Source of the DNA: Octopus bimaculoides
Lineage: Eukaryota
Length of the DNA stretch: 64,000 nt
Direction of reading: 5' to 3'
NCBI RefSeq assembly: GCF_001194135.2
Contig: NC_069004.1
Coordinates: 11,958,527 to 12,022,526, forward strand
The notes under the pieces are model-generated. The model had not been told where the DNA came from. It ran no database searches and saw nothing but the letters and a program-made list of their open reading frames with translations. A program made the translations under genes and the position numbers. Position 1 is the stretch's first letter, and each line of letters opens with the position of its first letter. Below are positions 12,625 through 26,184 of the stretch, piece after piece.

Positions 12625-14518
12625 TGCGTGCATATATATACATGTCCACATCAGTTTTACTTACGGATAATGCTATGAAAGACTCCCGGAATGTTTAATA
12701 AACCTTCCTAAAATATTCTACAACCACTCAAACATGGCATCTTATAAAGTCATGCTCACATATTTCCAAAAACAAAAGGTTACTTTATAAACCAAACACC
12801 CGGGGTTATGTTATATTAGAGTACATCCGGTATGGTTCTGTCTGTCTTTAATTCCTTCTTATTTTAATTTATTATTCTTGAGAGAAGCCGAACCAGAGAA
12901 ATTCTTCACAGTCTTACATAACATATTTGCCAAGACACAGTCTCTGTAAAATATCAGGAATATTCTAGAATATCAAGATACTTCAATACAAGACATAACA
13001 TGTCAACATCCTTCTGGTGACATCGAAATTTCAAAATGTCACAATTCATATAAACAATTTACCTATTTTCAACATTGAAGTCTAGAATTTTGTTAGTGTT
13101 TCTTTCTTTGACATTACAAAATGGCATCCAAAGTTTTGAATTTCAGGTGAAGACTATATCTAAAGAATTCTCTTATAAAATATTTATGGTTTATGTCTGC
13201 CTTGAAATTTTTTTATAAATAAAACTTAAAAAAAAAAAAATCTTCTGTATTTAGTGTATTTCAAAATGTTACTGCACGAAAGGGAGGAGTGAAAAACAGT
13301 GAAAATCCAAACGAGAGGTAGGGGTCCATTTTTATATTGGAAAACCGAATTAAAGTTAAGTACCTTATAATAGTTGAATACGACCCTGCGATTACCCACA
13401 TGGAAATCACGAGTTTATCATGCATGCAGACCCCTTTTCATTTCAATCAGTGGTCTTTGTTCACGTGATAGTCCGGCGGTGTGACTAGGACTCTTTGTGA
13501 ACAGAGCCTACAAATACAGCTGGTTTTAGCACGGAAAAGCCAATGTGAATTTGATCCTTGATGGTGTTCGCTCTCGACCAATAGCTGTTTACACAACTAC
13601 ATACTCAACCCGATGCGAAACATACACGGTAACATGAATATGCATTGATGTATAGAATCAACCTAAATGCGGATTTCTGATGAAGACCTCCTGCACCTGT
13701 AATATATGTTTATCCCCTTGTGGGCAATAAAGAAATAAGGAACAAAAAGACCTGTGAGAAATGACGGGTTGGGTAGAGTCCAACTCAAAAATAAAAGGGA
13801 AGATATATGAGTAGAAGATAATGTCTGGACGGTTACAAAGCCAAATAGATATCTCACCAGAAAAATAATGGTTTCAATTTTTGGAACAAGGCCAGCAATT
13901 TCGGTAAGTCGATTGTATCAACCCGTACTTAACTGGTACTTACTTTATCAAACCCGAAAGGATGAAAGGCAAAGTCAGCCTCGGCGGAATTTGAACTCAG
14001 GACGTAAAGCCGGAAGAAACGCCGTTAAGCATTTTGCCCGGCGTGCGAACGATTCTGTCAAGCTCGCCGTCTTCATCTCACCGGAGCAATAATGGCAGGC
14101 GAGATATCAGGACCAGAGGAATTTGCCAGATCGAAAAAGAAGAGCGTATACTTCGAAAGCAATGAGTTGAATGTCGATAGTCATAGACAACAATGGATAG
14201 AACTGAGAGGAGAAATCGATCATGTGTATGGTGGTGAGAATGGAGACAATCATGATACGACATAGACACGCGCACACAAACATGCAGAAGCACATATGCG
14301 CGTGCGCACATACACACACAGTCACACGTACTTGCGCACGCGCACACAAACACCCACGCGCATACTCATATAAAAATGTACATAGATTATTTTGTCCTCT
14401 GCATGACTCAAATCAGCATCTGGTGCTGGGGTCTTGGTTCGATAGTTCCAGGGTTTGAAGAATGTGAAACCACATCTTAGCCATTGTTATTCCCAGGTTT
14501 GCTCTAGTCCGGCATGGT

Positions 14519-14900
14519 GGAGGCGCAATGGCCCAGTGGTTATGTCAGCAGACTCGCGGTCATAGGATTGCGGTTTCGATTCCCAGACCGGGCGTTGTGA
14601 GTGTTTATTGAGCGAAAACACCTAAAGCTCCACGAGGCTCCGGCAGGGGATGGTGGTGAACCCTGCTGTACTCTTCCACCACAACTTTCTCTCACTCTTA
14701 CTTCCTGTTTCTGCTGTGCCTGTAATTCAAAGGGCCAGCCTTGTCACACTCTGTGTCACGCTGAATCTCCCCCGAGAACTACGTTAAGGGTACACGTGTC
14801 TGTGGAGTGCTCAGCTACTTGCACGTTAATTTCACGAGCAGGCTGTTCCGTTGATCGGATCAACTGGAACCCTCAACGCCATAAGCGACGGAGTGCCGAC
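14519..14900 (+). mobile_element. SINE family A, full length
   Basis: Same head, body and tail as 9371-9758. Confidence 0.9.
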
Positions 14901-14909
14901 ACACACATT

Positions 14910-15330
14910 CTAGTCCGGAGTAGCAAAACCTGTCGGGTCCCAGTTATGGGCTAATCAACACGTTACGGAATTGCTTCCGGAAGGTCACTCACAAATACTC
15001 CAGCGGACCCAGGACAGAAGAAACCCTTCAGCTCTTTAACTACTCGTCTTAGGGAAGCTAACTCTATACAAATCCAGCATCTTGATAACTACTGACCTCT
15101 TGGCGCTTACTATACCAGATCACTACATGTTTGAAAGGCAAGAGAGTGAGACTGGCTCTGCACAGACAATGCAAACCACTATGGTAATATTCTTCGTTCA
15201 GTTTGGTTAGCAAATCAAACACCACTACCAATCCCCGTCACACTTTCTTCGTAAGTTCAATGGGAAAAGGAAAAGAGGCGACGGGGATACGTAGAAGATC
15301 TTACTAGAAGTCTTCAGTTTTGACTCTGAA
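14910..15330 (+). mobile_element. Highly degenerate RTE-like LINE 3' remnant
   Basis: Broken motifs resembling YTRxLRxA, RVRLAxH and KRKRG..YVEDL. Confidence 0.45.
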
Positions 15331-15681
15331 CCCAGGTGGCTACAGGATGAAAAGAAGAATTTTCAACTGCCCTGTTGAACCCTCATTCGTCAAAGCGAAG
15401 AGAGTCTACACATTCACACGTATTTGTGTGTGTATTCAATTATGAATTAAAAGCAGCGCTAGTGTTCATCCTCCGTTCTGTTCCAGTACGTGAGTGATGT
15501 TCATAAGCCTCACAAATGTCGAAATATCAGGATCCATCGCTCTTGAATGGGATTGGAGGCGGGTTGATTCGCCTGTCTATGACAGTCGGGTGTTCTAACA
15601 CGCAGTGCTACGAGGGAGACGCCCCCAAAGCGCTATACGGTGAAGAAGCAAAACACATACGTCGAGTATGTGCATTTGATA

Positions 15682-15682
<1 letters not shown>

Positions 15683-15779
<97 letters not shown>

Positions 15780-15905
15780 ATGTATGTGTGTATGTATGTG
15801 TGTGCATGTGTGTGTATATATGTATGTATGTATGTATGGATGGATGGACGGATGGATGTGTATGTATGTATGTATGCATGTATGTATGTATGTATGTATG
15901 TATGT
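15683..15905. repeat. Compound (GT)n/(GTAT)n/(GGAT)n microsatellite
   Basis: Direct reading. Confidence 0.95.
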
Positions 15906-16057
15906 AGTGCTTGTGTCAACCTTTTTCTTTTTTGGTTCTTTCAGCTCTCTATCATTCTAGAAGGAGAAAGCAGTGGTTGTGCTGAGAGAGGTGAAAGTGA
16001 GAGAAAAATATGTTATAAAGGAACGGATGGATCTATAAATACTTAGGAGGTCCATGT

Positions 16058-16395
16058 GAAGGCATATGACTCAGTGTTTAGAGCGTCGGACTCACAATCA
16101 TGAGGTAGTGAGTTCAATTCCTGGATCGGGCTATGTGCTGTGTTCTTGAGCAAGACGCTTTATTTCACGTCGCTCCAGTTCATTCAGTTGCAGAAATGAG
16201 TTGTGACGTCACTGGTACCAAGCTGTATCGGCTTTTACCTTTCCCTTAGATAACATCAGTGGCCTGGAGAGGGGAGGCTGGTATACATGGATGACTGCTG
16301 GTCTTCCACAAACAAGCTTGCCCGAACTTGTGCCTTGGGGGATAACTTTCTTGGTGCAATCCCATGGCCATTCATGACCGAAGGGGGTCTTCACC
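16058..16395 (+). mobile_element. tRNA-derived SINE family C (core shared with B, different 3' half ending GAAGGGGGTCT)
   Basis: Colinear with 51069-51406. A 5' fragment lies at 53095-53225. Confidence 0.85.
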
Positions 16396-16420
16396 GTTTT
16401 TAGGAGGTCGATAGAGGGAT

Positions 16421-16534
<114 letters not shown>

Positions 16535-17091
16535 AAGTAGTCAGTACTCACCAAACAATTGGATTAGTAGAAAGCGAAATATAAGACGGAGTGGAAGAAA
16601 GCAGGAGAAGGATGAGATAGGGCAAATAAGGAAGGAAACATGGAAAGAAAAAAATGGCAGATCTCTGAAGATCTTTGAAGATGTGGTATTGGAGATATAT
16701 TAGAAATAGAAGTATAGAGAATAAGTAAATGATAGGAAGATACATAGAGAAAGAGGTGTATGAAGTAGAGGGGGGGGTGGAAAATAAGCAAAAGAGGTGG
16801 TGGTAGATTTTTCCTCAGGAGGTTAAAAAACAAAAACGAGGCCCGTTGATCGAAACGCTTAGTTTTAGAATGGTGGCAGCTGATAAAGAAAATGTTCTCT
16901 ATGTGGCCTGTGTGTTTTTCTGTACCCTGTTTATGTTCTGTTTTTCATTTTGTCCACGTTTTTTTTGTTGTGACATCCTGTACCCAGATATGCATCTATA
17001 TATACATGTAGATGTAGGTATGCACATATATGTATGTATATATGCATATACTCACATATTATTGGTATTATATATATATATATATATATAT

Positions 17092-17478
17092 GCGCAGGAG
17101 TGGCTGTGTGGTAAGTAGCTTGCTTACCAACCACATGGTTCCGGGTTCATTCCCACTGCGTGACACCTTGGGCAAGTGTCTTCTACTAGCCTCGGGCCGA
17201 CCGATTTGGTAGACGGAAACTGGACGAAGTCTGTCGTATATATGTATATATATGTATATGTGTGTATGTGTTTGTGTGTCTGTGTTTGTCCCCCCAACAT
17301 CGCTTGACAACCGATGGTGGTGTGTTTACGTCCCCGTAACTTAGCGGTTCGGCAAAAGAGACCGATAGAATAAGTAGTAGGCATCCAAAGAATAAGTCCT
17401 GGGGTTGATTTACTCGACTAAAGGCGGTGCTCCAGCATGGCCACTGTCAAATGACTGAAACAAGTAAAAGAGTAAGAG
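17092..17478 (+). mobile_element. SINE family D, full length
   Basis: Head GCGCAGGAGTGGCTGTGTGGTAAGTAGCTTGC, tail CAAATGACTGAAACAAGTAAAAGAG. Confidence 0.9.
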
Positions 17479-18487
17479 TATATACAGAGAGAGAGAGAGA
17501 GAGAGAGATCGAAGAATTAGCAGAGAGAGAATACTGAATGTGAGGAAGGAAACAGAGGGAGAAGAAGTGAAAGAGACCAAAATGAACCGAGCAAGCATTG
17601 AAAACAAAATAATTAAATCAAGAATGCTGGATGGAGGTAGAGATAAACCCCATTAGTTTTTACGGGTACAGCACTAATATACCTTATATACACATTCATA
17701 CATAGAGATACACATACAAACATACATAGTCTCAATCTCACACGTACGCGCGCGCACAAGTTTTGTAAACTAAACTGGAGCCGACGCTACTATGAAACAC
17801 AATTTGGGACATTTTAGGAGTGAACTTAAATGAGATGCAACTAATCTAATATAATTTACTTGTTTATTTTCTTTCTAACGGGTTTTCTTCGTTAGTCATA
17901 ACGAGCAGATAAAGCGATTGGTTGACGGCAACACACCGCCAGAAAAAAAAAAAAACATAATTTACTTTTCTAGCAGCACACTACGAGGTACTGGCGTCGA
18001 GAGAAGAAAGTTCCCTCTGCTATTATGTGTTTCTATGTTCGATGTCACTTCTCGGTACTTTGGGCGAGTGTCTTCGACTAATCTTAGACTGACTCTACCT
18101 TTCGCTGGGATGGAGATAGAGTATGAACTTAATGGACGGAAACTATGCAGAAGTTTGTCGGCTGGGTTGTGCTTGTTCTGGGCGATTAAACTTTTTCCGT
18201 GGCCCCTTTAAACATCGCCACCAAGACAACCACCACCAACAACAACAATAACAACAGCAACAATACCATCTGAGCCTTTTTTGTACCTTTAGCGGAGTAC
18301 CCATTATATCGAACTTGCGGACCACTTTTTTTCTCCGGCCAGAGTGCAACGCGAAACCTCAACGCGTTGCTTACAATTGCAATTAACTCACAACTTTTTA
18401 CTGTTTGTTTCTTCATATGTCTTAGAGATCTTACACACACACACACACACGCACGCACGCACGCACACACACACACACGCACACACA

Positions 18488-18521
<34 letters not shown>

Positions 18522-19318
18522 NNNNNNNNNNNNNNNNNNNNNNNNNNNNNNNNNNNNNNNNNNNNNNNNNNNNNNNNNNNNNNNNNNNNNNNNNNNNNNN
18601 NNNNNNNNNNNNNNNNNNNNNNNNNNNNNNNNNNNNNNNNNNNNNNNNNNNNNNNNNNNNNNNNNNNNNNNNNNNNNNNNNNNNNNNNNNNNNNNNNNNN
18701 NNNNNNNNNNNNNNNNNNNNNNNNNNNNNNNNNNNNNNNNNNNNNNNNNNNNNNNNNNNNNNNNNNNNNNNNNNNNNNNNNNNNNNNNNNNNNNNNNNNN
18801 NNNNNNNNNNNNNNNNNNNNNNNNNNNNNNNNNNNNNNNNNNNNNNNNNNNNNNNNNNNNNNNNNNNNNNNNNNNNNNNNNNNNNNNNNNNNNNNNNTAT
18901 ATATATATATATATATATATCGCATAATATATCTTAGTGTGTTCAATAAAAGATATAATGCACATAATGTGCAGAACTTCATCCAACACCCTGTGGTGTT
19001 TTAGTCCACACTGCTGCTATCAGAAGATAATCAATATGTGGTTTGTGTCATGTTGTGTATCGTTATGTTGAGAGAGAGATGAACTGATTTCATTTTAATG
19101 ACTTTTCTTTCTCTTTTTTTTTTATTTCATTCATTGAAAATAATCCCATTATCTATTTTTCAGTATTCGTAAAATGATTTTAAAGAGTATAATAATTTTT
19201 TTTGTAAAATAACAAGGCGTATATTTTATATTTAAACGAATAATAATTGTGAGCGAAAGTTGTTTATAAAAGGTTCGACTGAAAGAATTGTGCTAGCTTT
19301 GCACGGACGTAAACAAAA

Positions 19319-19531
19319 ATGGCTGCCAATGTGTCATTTCGCTGGTTGGAAATTTTGGAAAATGATTTCGACAAGGCTTTTGTTGATCTCGACCTGTTGC
19401 TAGGGGAAATAGATCCCGAGCAATATGAACTTACATGTGATGGGAGACAGAAAATGACTGCTTTGAGTGCGGCATTCGCTCAGCTCTGGCACAAGGCGCA
19501 GACTATCTTTCAGTACAATGTGAAATTAGAA
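19319..19531 (+). CDS. GOPC: First coding exon of Golgi-associated PDZ and coiled-coil motif-containing protein (PIST/CAL/FIG), N-terminal coiled-coil region, 71 codons
   Basis: Translation [71 protein letters not shown] aligns without gaps to the vertebrate GOPC N-terminus as recalled ([55 protein letters not shown]...KLE). ATG is in a CAAAAATGG context. Similarity ends exactly at GAA|GTAAGT (phase-0 donor at 19532). Confidence 0.95.
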
Positions 19532-22093
19532 GTAAGTTGTTGTATAAATATCAGCCAATTCATCTGTTTTTTCTCTCTGTTCTCTGTATAAATTCACTTT
19601 AAACATACAACAGTATTCAATAATGTCTATAATATACATACACTGGCTGTGCAGATGCAGATGCTATGATATATCCAATTTCAAATACGGTAAAATGGAT
19701 TTGTTTAGTTAACGTCTATAAATACATAAATATACCCCAATTAAAATTAATACTTGTGGTTTCGTACGAATGGTATGTTTTAAATTAATAAACGTCTATT
19801 TTTTCACTTATTTTAATCTAGCTATATATATAATCAAACACCATATCTATGTAGCGAGGCCGGCTTGTGGCTAGTTTTACATAAACTAAGTCCTTACGAT
19901 CCAGCTGTAAACAAACAGTTTAACTGTTGCTCTGTCATGTAGTAGCAGTTAGTATATCCTGCACAAATTTTCCCCTTCTCCCTTCAGATCTATTTTTAGT
20001 CTGTTTGTGTATTTATTTACCCCCATCCGTTTCTTTTCTCTTTCTTCATCTTCTTCTTAAACGTTGTATCAGTAGTTTGTGAATATTGTTTAATAATGCT
20101 GCAGTCCGTCTAATGAATATCTGCTGAATTATTTTGCAACTGAGCCGATAAACATATTCTTGTGATGTAGTAGGGAATAATAATAATAATAATAATGATA
20201 ATAATGTCCATGACTAACTAGAATAGCAACAGTAATAACGGGAATAATTTCTAAGGCCTCAGTCGGAATCAGAAACCGCTGGTCATATCGACCCACTGTG
20301 TGATTTAGCTGGATTAGAACTCCGAAAGGGTATTTACCCATCACTCATTTATTTATAACTACTTGTTTATTTTGTGTCTGTTTTCAACTGCACAAAGCCC
20401 CTAAATTTAACGGAGGGAATAGAGGTGCGTGGTTATTTATCCCATGGAGCAAAATGAAGCCAAGACTAGAAACGGCCAATAACTCACCCTACTGGGATCT
20501 CAACTCACCTCCCAGTCTCCTTCTCTCCACTAGTGTGTGTGTGAGAGAGAAAGAGACAGAAAGATTTAAGTTATTTACTTAATTCAAGTTGGTCGTTAAC
20601 AACCTGACATGGTGTTTTTTTTTGTTTTTTTTGCCCAAAACAGTTCCAGGAGTTTGTGAACATGTAAACTGTGTGCATATGTCTTTTAATGCATAAATGT
20701 GTGCATATATACATACACATACACGCACATGTAACTGTATGCTAATCCCAGAAAAGTCAAATGGAGAATCCCTGGAATGTTTTACAAATCATTCCACCAC
20801 AAACTGATTGGGTTTGGAGGATGCAAGTCGGTTTTACTCTGTTCTTTATTGGTAAATTCCATTATTTTAGGGCTTCTATGTAAATCTCTTGTTACTTAGA
20901 CCCCTTCCCTCCATTGTACCTATGATAGATAACAAAAGAAAACTTATAACCTGAGTTCAAGAGCTGTAGGTTTTGCATTGGCTCACCATAGCTGTTCTCT
21001 TTTTCCACAACCTGTAGACAAGACACACCTCCACTGGGCAGCTGATTTCTACAGCTATGTATAACTTTTGGCTCCTGTCTCTTTGACCAATAAGAGCCCT
21101 GTGGTGTTCACACCAGGTCCCTTTTTTTATTGGAATGTTTCACCAGTATTTTTTTATTTTTAAAAGTGTAGATACATTCTACTTCTGTGCATCTTTGATG
21201 TGTCCAGTGGAGCAATCCTTCCTGTGGATGATAACCTCGTAAATAATTCATTGGGTGAATGCAAAATAGTGAGACTCTAAACAATAACATCATTATTCAT
21301 TCTTAATGCATTTTGGCAGGATCAAATATGAATATACTGGTCACTCAAAGATGAATACAACAGCATTCAGCATTTTCATGTTTGAATCTGCCAGAATGGA
21401 TTAAGATACCTTATTGCTTAGGAAATAGGTTTGGTAACAATGTTGTCTCTTGTGGAAATGTACCTTTAGACATTTTTGGATGGCTGGTGATGAGATGAGT
21501 GACACCTTCCACATTGGTATGGCACAATTAACATTTTCTATCATTTTATGGAGATTTGGGAGTATCCTTATCTTACTTATTGATCAGGTATTTAGTAGCT
21601 GCCTCCTGTTGCTGGATAGAGAAAGTGTAGCCTTCTAGGTGGTTTGGAATATATCCATCATAGATTACAGAGAGGATACTCTTTCTGTTAATGTTGTTGG
21701 TCTCCTCCAACCTGTGGACGATAAGTATTTCTTATTCCAGTTTCTGTTAAAGTGTGTTCTATGTGACCTGCAACTCTGGGGTCATATGAAACAACTCTGC
21801 ACTTACAGTAACCTATTCAGGAATTCTTCATCTACTCACAAGATGTTAGTATTTGCACTGTCCTGTACACATGTGATGTCCTCATCTCTCCCTTTACTTT
21901 TCAGTTGGTATTGCCTGTGTGTTACATTGTGAGATTGGAAAGCTGTTAGGGTGGACCTTATGCCTTTGTCTCCAACCTTCCATCTCGCATATATATCCTC
22001 TTCGTGTTGTTTGATTTAATACCACATGTATGGGGTTATCTCAACTGGTATCAAGGGTTTCACACAGTCCCTTTAATCCTTCTCACCCCTAGT

Positions 22094-22413
22094 GAAGGCA
22101 TGTGCCTCAGTGGTTATGGTATTTGTCTCATGATTACACAATCAAGAGCTCGATTCCTGACAACACATTGTGTCCTTGAGCAAGCCACTTTATTTCACAT
22201 TGCTCCAGTCCACTCAGCTGATAAAAATGAGTTGTATCTGTAATTCAAAGGGCCGGCCTTGTTGCATTCTGTGTCGTGCTGAATCTCTCTGAGAACTACA
22301 TTAAGGATATACATGTCTGTGGAGTGCTCAGCTACTTGCATGTTAATTCGATGAAAAGGCTGTTCCATTGAGTGGATTGACTGGAACCCTTGTCATCATA
22401 ACCAACTGAGTCC
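22094..22413 (+). mobile_element. SINE family B, CpG-decayed copy
   Basis: Colinear with 8523-8843, with CG replaced by TG/CA throughout. Confidence 0.85.
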
Positions 22414-23868
22414 CAGTTTAGCTTTTTTCTCACCCTTGACGCTCTGTTTCTCACCTCATACTCTTATAATCTCACTCCTTTTCCCTTCCACTCTCTTCCA
22501 TTTTCAATCCTCATTCTTCTATTCATCCATTCAGTCATATTTGCCTTAAACAAATAGGCCCAACATAGAGGACTGCAGCAGAGTCTGTACCCTGGACAGG
22601 TCAAGGCAAACACTCTAGTTGAGATACCACAGTAAATTGAACCCATTACCCTCTGCATTAGGGCTGGCGTCCACCTATAGAAACCATACTTGGAAATGGA
22701 ATTTTTGAGTGAGTCATGGTTCTGCAATCCATTTAGGAGGGTAGTAACTCCAGATAAACCTTGTGACAGATTAGCACCCCCCTCATGGGCAGGGAATTTT
22801 GTAATCTCAATCACTCATACACTATGGATACCGAGTTAAGCTTTGGCCTTGTGAGTCCTTGGGCTCATGACAGACTCTTAGCCCCCACTTAAATCCAAAT
22901 GAAACTTGACTTGCACTGTGGTGATACATCCATCTCTTGCCAGTATCGGTAGCTGACATATACTGACAATGATGTGTGTATTTATGCTTGTATGTACTAC
23001 TTGTACTTACAGTGGCATTCATTTGGGGTGTGTTGAACTGGCTCTGACCAAAATGTTCACCATATCCCTCATGAATGCTGACCTCCCGCCCCCTATCTGG
23101 TGGTCGGCCACAGTTCAGGCAGTAATGGATCAAATTTGACAAATACCCCACTGGGAGAGCAAGCATGTTTGGACAGTGTGGATGCCATAGCTGAAGTTGC
23201 CATTCGCTGTTGAAGTGTAGAGTTCGTGTTTGGTATTTCAGTCAGAGTACAAGTTCACATGTGGTCCCCAGTCACATGCGTACACACTTTGGGTCAGTGT
23301 TATCCGTAGTAGCTCATCTTGCAGTCAATTGTTGACCATTGCAGAGGATTCGCTAACCAAGTCACCACTGTTTATTGGTACAGATATAGCCTGGGTTTGA
23401 TGCAGGTTCTAGAGGCATGCTTTAACAAAAGCTAGTGGGTACCTTCCAGTGTTCTTCCAGCATGCTGGACCCCAACCCTGAATTTCTGATATATGCATGA
23501 ATCATCATCATTTAATGTCCGTTTTCCATGCTGGCATGGGTTGGACAGTTCGACTGGGGTCTGGGAAGCCAGAAGGCTGCACTAGGCTCCAGTCTGATCT
23601 GGCAGTGTTTCTACAGCTGGGTGCCCTTCCTAACGCCAACCACTCCATGAGTGTAGTGGGTGCTTTTTATGTGCCATTGGCACAGGGGCCAGAGGAGGCT
23701 TGTGTGTATGTTTAACTGATGTACACAGAAACGTGCAATCCCATTCCTGTGGGAGACAATAGCAATTTTAGCCCAAACTGTTTGAGTTGTAGTTGCTAAT
23801 GTGTGACTGTCATCATTTTGCATCTGCTTTCCTTACTGGCATGAGTTGAATGAGTTGTCTCTGTTTAA

Positions 23869-24642
23869 CCCTTTCATTACCATATTTCCACCGAAATATA
23901 CTCTCTTTGTTTCAATTGATTCTTAAAATCATTAAGAATTTAGGAAAATAATTTTGTCATTAAGCAGGTGCTTGGAACTTAACCCTTTAGCATTTAGATT
24001 ACTCTGTCAAATGTAATGCTTATTTATACACATAGTTGTGGCCGTTGTCGGCAAATAAGAAGCACCTTTCGAGTGCTGGACCTCATGGAGGCAATGACAA
24101 ATGACCAAGACCTTTGGCAATATACTGTCCTTGAGAAGACCCATCAAGCTTAGTGAAATCATAGTTGTGGCAGATACTAGTATCACATCACTGGCATCCA
24201 TTCCACTTCCAGGGAGTGGTTGGCATTAGGAAGGGCATCCAGCCGTAGAAACCATGCCATATCAGACTGGAGTCTGGTGCAGCCCCTCAGCTTACCAGCC
24301 CTGGTCAAACTGTTCAGCCTATGCCAGCATGGACAACGGACATTAAAGGATGATGATGATGATTGTTATGAATTAATCATGCATTATCTCATACCATCAA
24401 GATTTCAATAATATGATTGTTTAGTTTTAGAATGACATTGAAGGGTAGGTGTAAGAGGCTGAATCTGGCCAGTTTGAAAATAAAAAAAGGTAGATTATTT
24501 TGGCCGGATATGACCACTTGAAATGCCAAAGGGTTAAATTAGCATGAAATTTTGATGGAAGATTTTAATTTAGATCACTTTAAAACAGGATGTTTGTGTC
24601 TAGACCCAGGGCCAGTTTCAGGTGGGCTGGTAAGAAAAAGGG
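23869..24642 (+). mobile_element. piggyBac-like MITE (family H) containing a nested family G MITE, which contains a family E retroposon
   Basis: TTAA|CCCTTTCATTACC at 23865-23881 and AAGAAAAAGGG|TGAA at the right end. The inner G element is bounded by TTAA at 23979-82 and 24534-37. A related H copy lies at 62205-62437. Confidence 0.8.
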
Positions 24643-25179
24643 TGAAGTCATTTCTTATTCAGAGCCACAGTCCTTCTAGATAAGTTGGAGGGTCATGTTT
24701 TGCTCAAATATTATTTCTGTTTTATCTAGGTTTCTATGGCTGGCTGCACTTCCTGTCACCTTTAGCATTCAAATTACTCTCTCAAATGTAATGCTTATTT
24801 CTTTAGATTGCGTTGAGTTAATCATGCATTATCTCATAGCTTCCAGGTTTTGATGATGATGTGATTATTTATTTTTAGAATGGCATTGGAAGGTAGGTGT
24901 GAAAGGCCAGATCTGGCTGGTTTGAACATAGAAGAGGTAGAATATTTGAGCCAGATATGGCTGGTTTAAATGCTAATGATGGAATGTAACAACTCTACCA
25001 CAACCCCACCCACATACTGAGACTGTCTTCTTAACTTAGGAAAGAAAGGCCAGACAGGCTGTAGGAGAAATGGATATTAATCACTGCTTTGACTCTTTAG
25101 TATTCATATAATACTGTCGAATGTAATACTTATTTATTCACATTGTTTTTAGTGTAAATGTGCTGAGAGAAAAATTGGG

Positions 25180-25430
25180 TATAAAAGGACTCAGATATGA
25201 TGTGCGAGAAGGCTGTGCTGGTTTGGTCACATGATGCAGATGGATGAAAACAGCTGCATAAAGAAGTGCTGATATCTAAATGTGGTGGAAGCTGACAAAA
25301 TGGGAGACCCAGCAAGACCTTAGGATGATGTGGTGAAGACCATTCTGAGGGGTTTGAATCTCATGGACATGATGTCAACGACCTGGAATATCTGGCGATA
25401 CATGGAGCCCAAAAAGAATCTGCCATTTTT
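25180..25430 (+). mobile_element. RTE-like LINE 3' remnant
   Basis: Degenerate GRPxKT..DVVKxxLxxLNL..M...xW motif. A related piece lies on the minus strand at 31262-31385. Confidence 0.55.
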
Positions 25431-26184
25431 GCAAAACTGAGGTTCTAAAAGCAAAATGTCTTCATAAGACAATTGCCCCTCATCTAATTTCCTCATCCAA
25501 TCTTCCTTCCACTCCTCATCCTCTCTCTCTGATCTCCATATCACCTGCAAACTGCAGTATTCTCCTCATGAAATTAAATAGGGCAAAACTACATGTTTTA
25601 TCATCTTTTCTCTGATATCAGTTATCTTTCATTACTAATTTGAATCCTTTCCCTTGACTCCCATCCTTCTTTCATAACATTGCCCCTCTCCAGCCTCATT
25701 TTTCTCTGATCATGCCACCCTGCTTTGCTACCACATTATCTATCCTCCTTTGACTCACTTCCTGATGACTTGTCCTATCACCACACATCTCTTACTCTCT
25801 CTCCCCATGCACTATGTCTTTCTCTCCCCCACTTACACTCTTTCAATCTCCATATCTAATGCCTTTTTCCCTCTGCCCTGTTGCCCTTCATCTTCCTGTA
25901 CTGCCAATCAGCACCTCTCTAATGTATCATTGATTACTCCACCACTGTTTCACTACCCTTCCCATCTAATCCCCATCTTTTCTCCCCCTACCATCTATCC
26001 AACTCCTTTTATCATAAACACTGCTCCCCCCCCCCCATCCAACGCTACATTGACTCTTGTTCATCATTCAGTATAGTGGCACCCCTTCCTGTTCTCCCTC
26101 TGCCTCTTCCTTTACACCTACTTTGACACCTCGCCACCACCATCTTCATCTCTCTATCCAGTTCCACTCAGATCACTCCCTCCC

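Noticed and set aside
14519-14595. tRNA-like sequences (A and B boxes) at many sites
   Set aside because: All continue into SINE bodies and lack a complete cloverleaf, so they are not tRNA genes.
18280-18380. Minus-strand ATG GGT ACT CCG CTA AAG|GTACAA and a GCAACGCG/CGCGTTGC hairpin as the start of a gene divergent from GOPC
   Set aside because: The donor is weak, there are only six codons, and no linked downstream exon could be supported.
19532-19591. Last 19 codons of the 90-aa ORF ([19 protein letters not shown])
   Set aside because: Read-through into the intron; GOPC similarity stops at the GTAAGT donor.
20700-23400. Possible old CR1-like LINE remnants (also 63100-63950)
   Set aside because: Composition suggests decayed retroelement sequence, but no diagnostic motif could be read with confidence.
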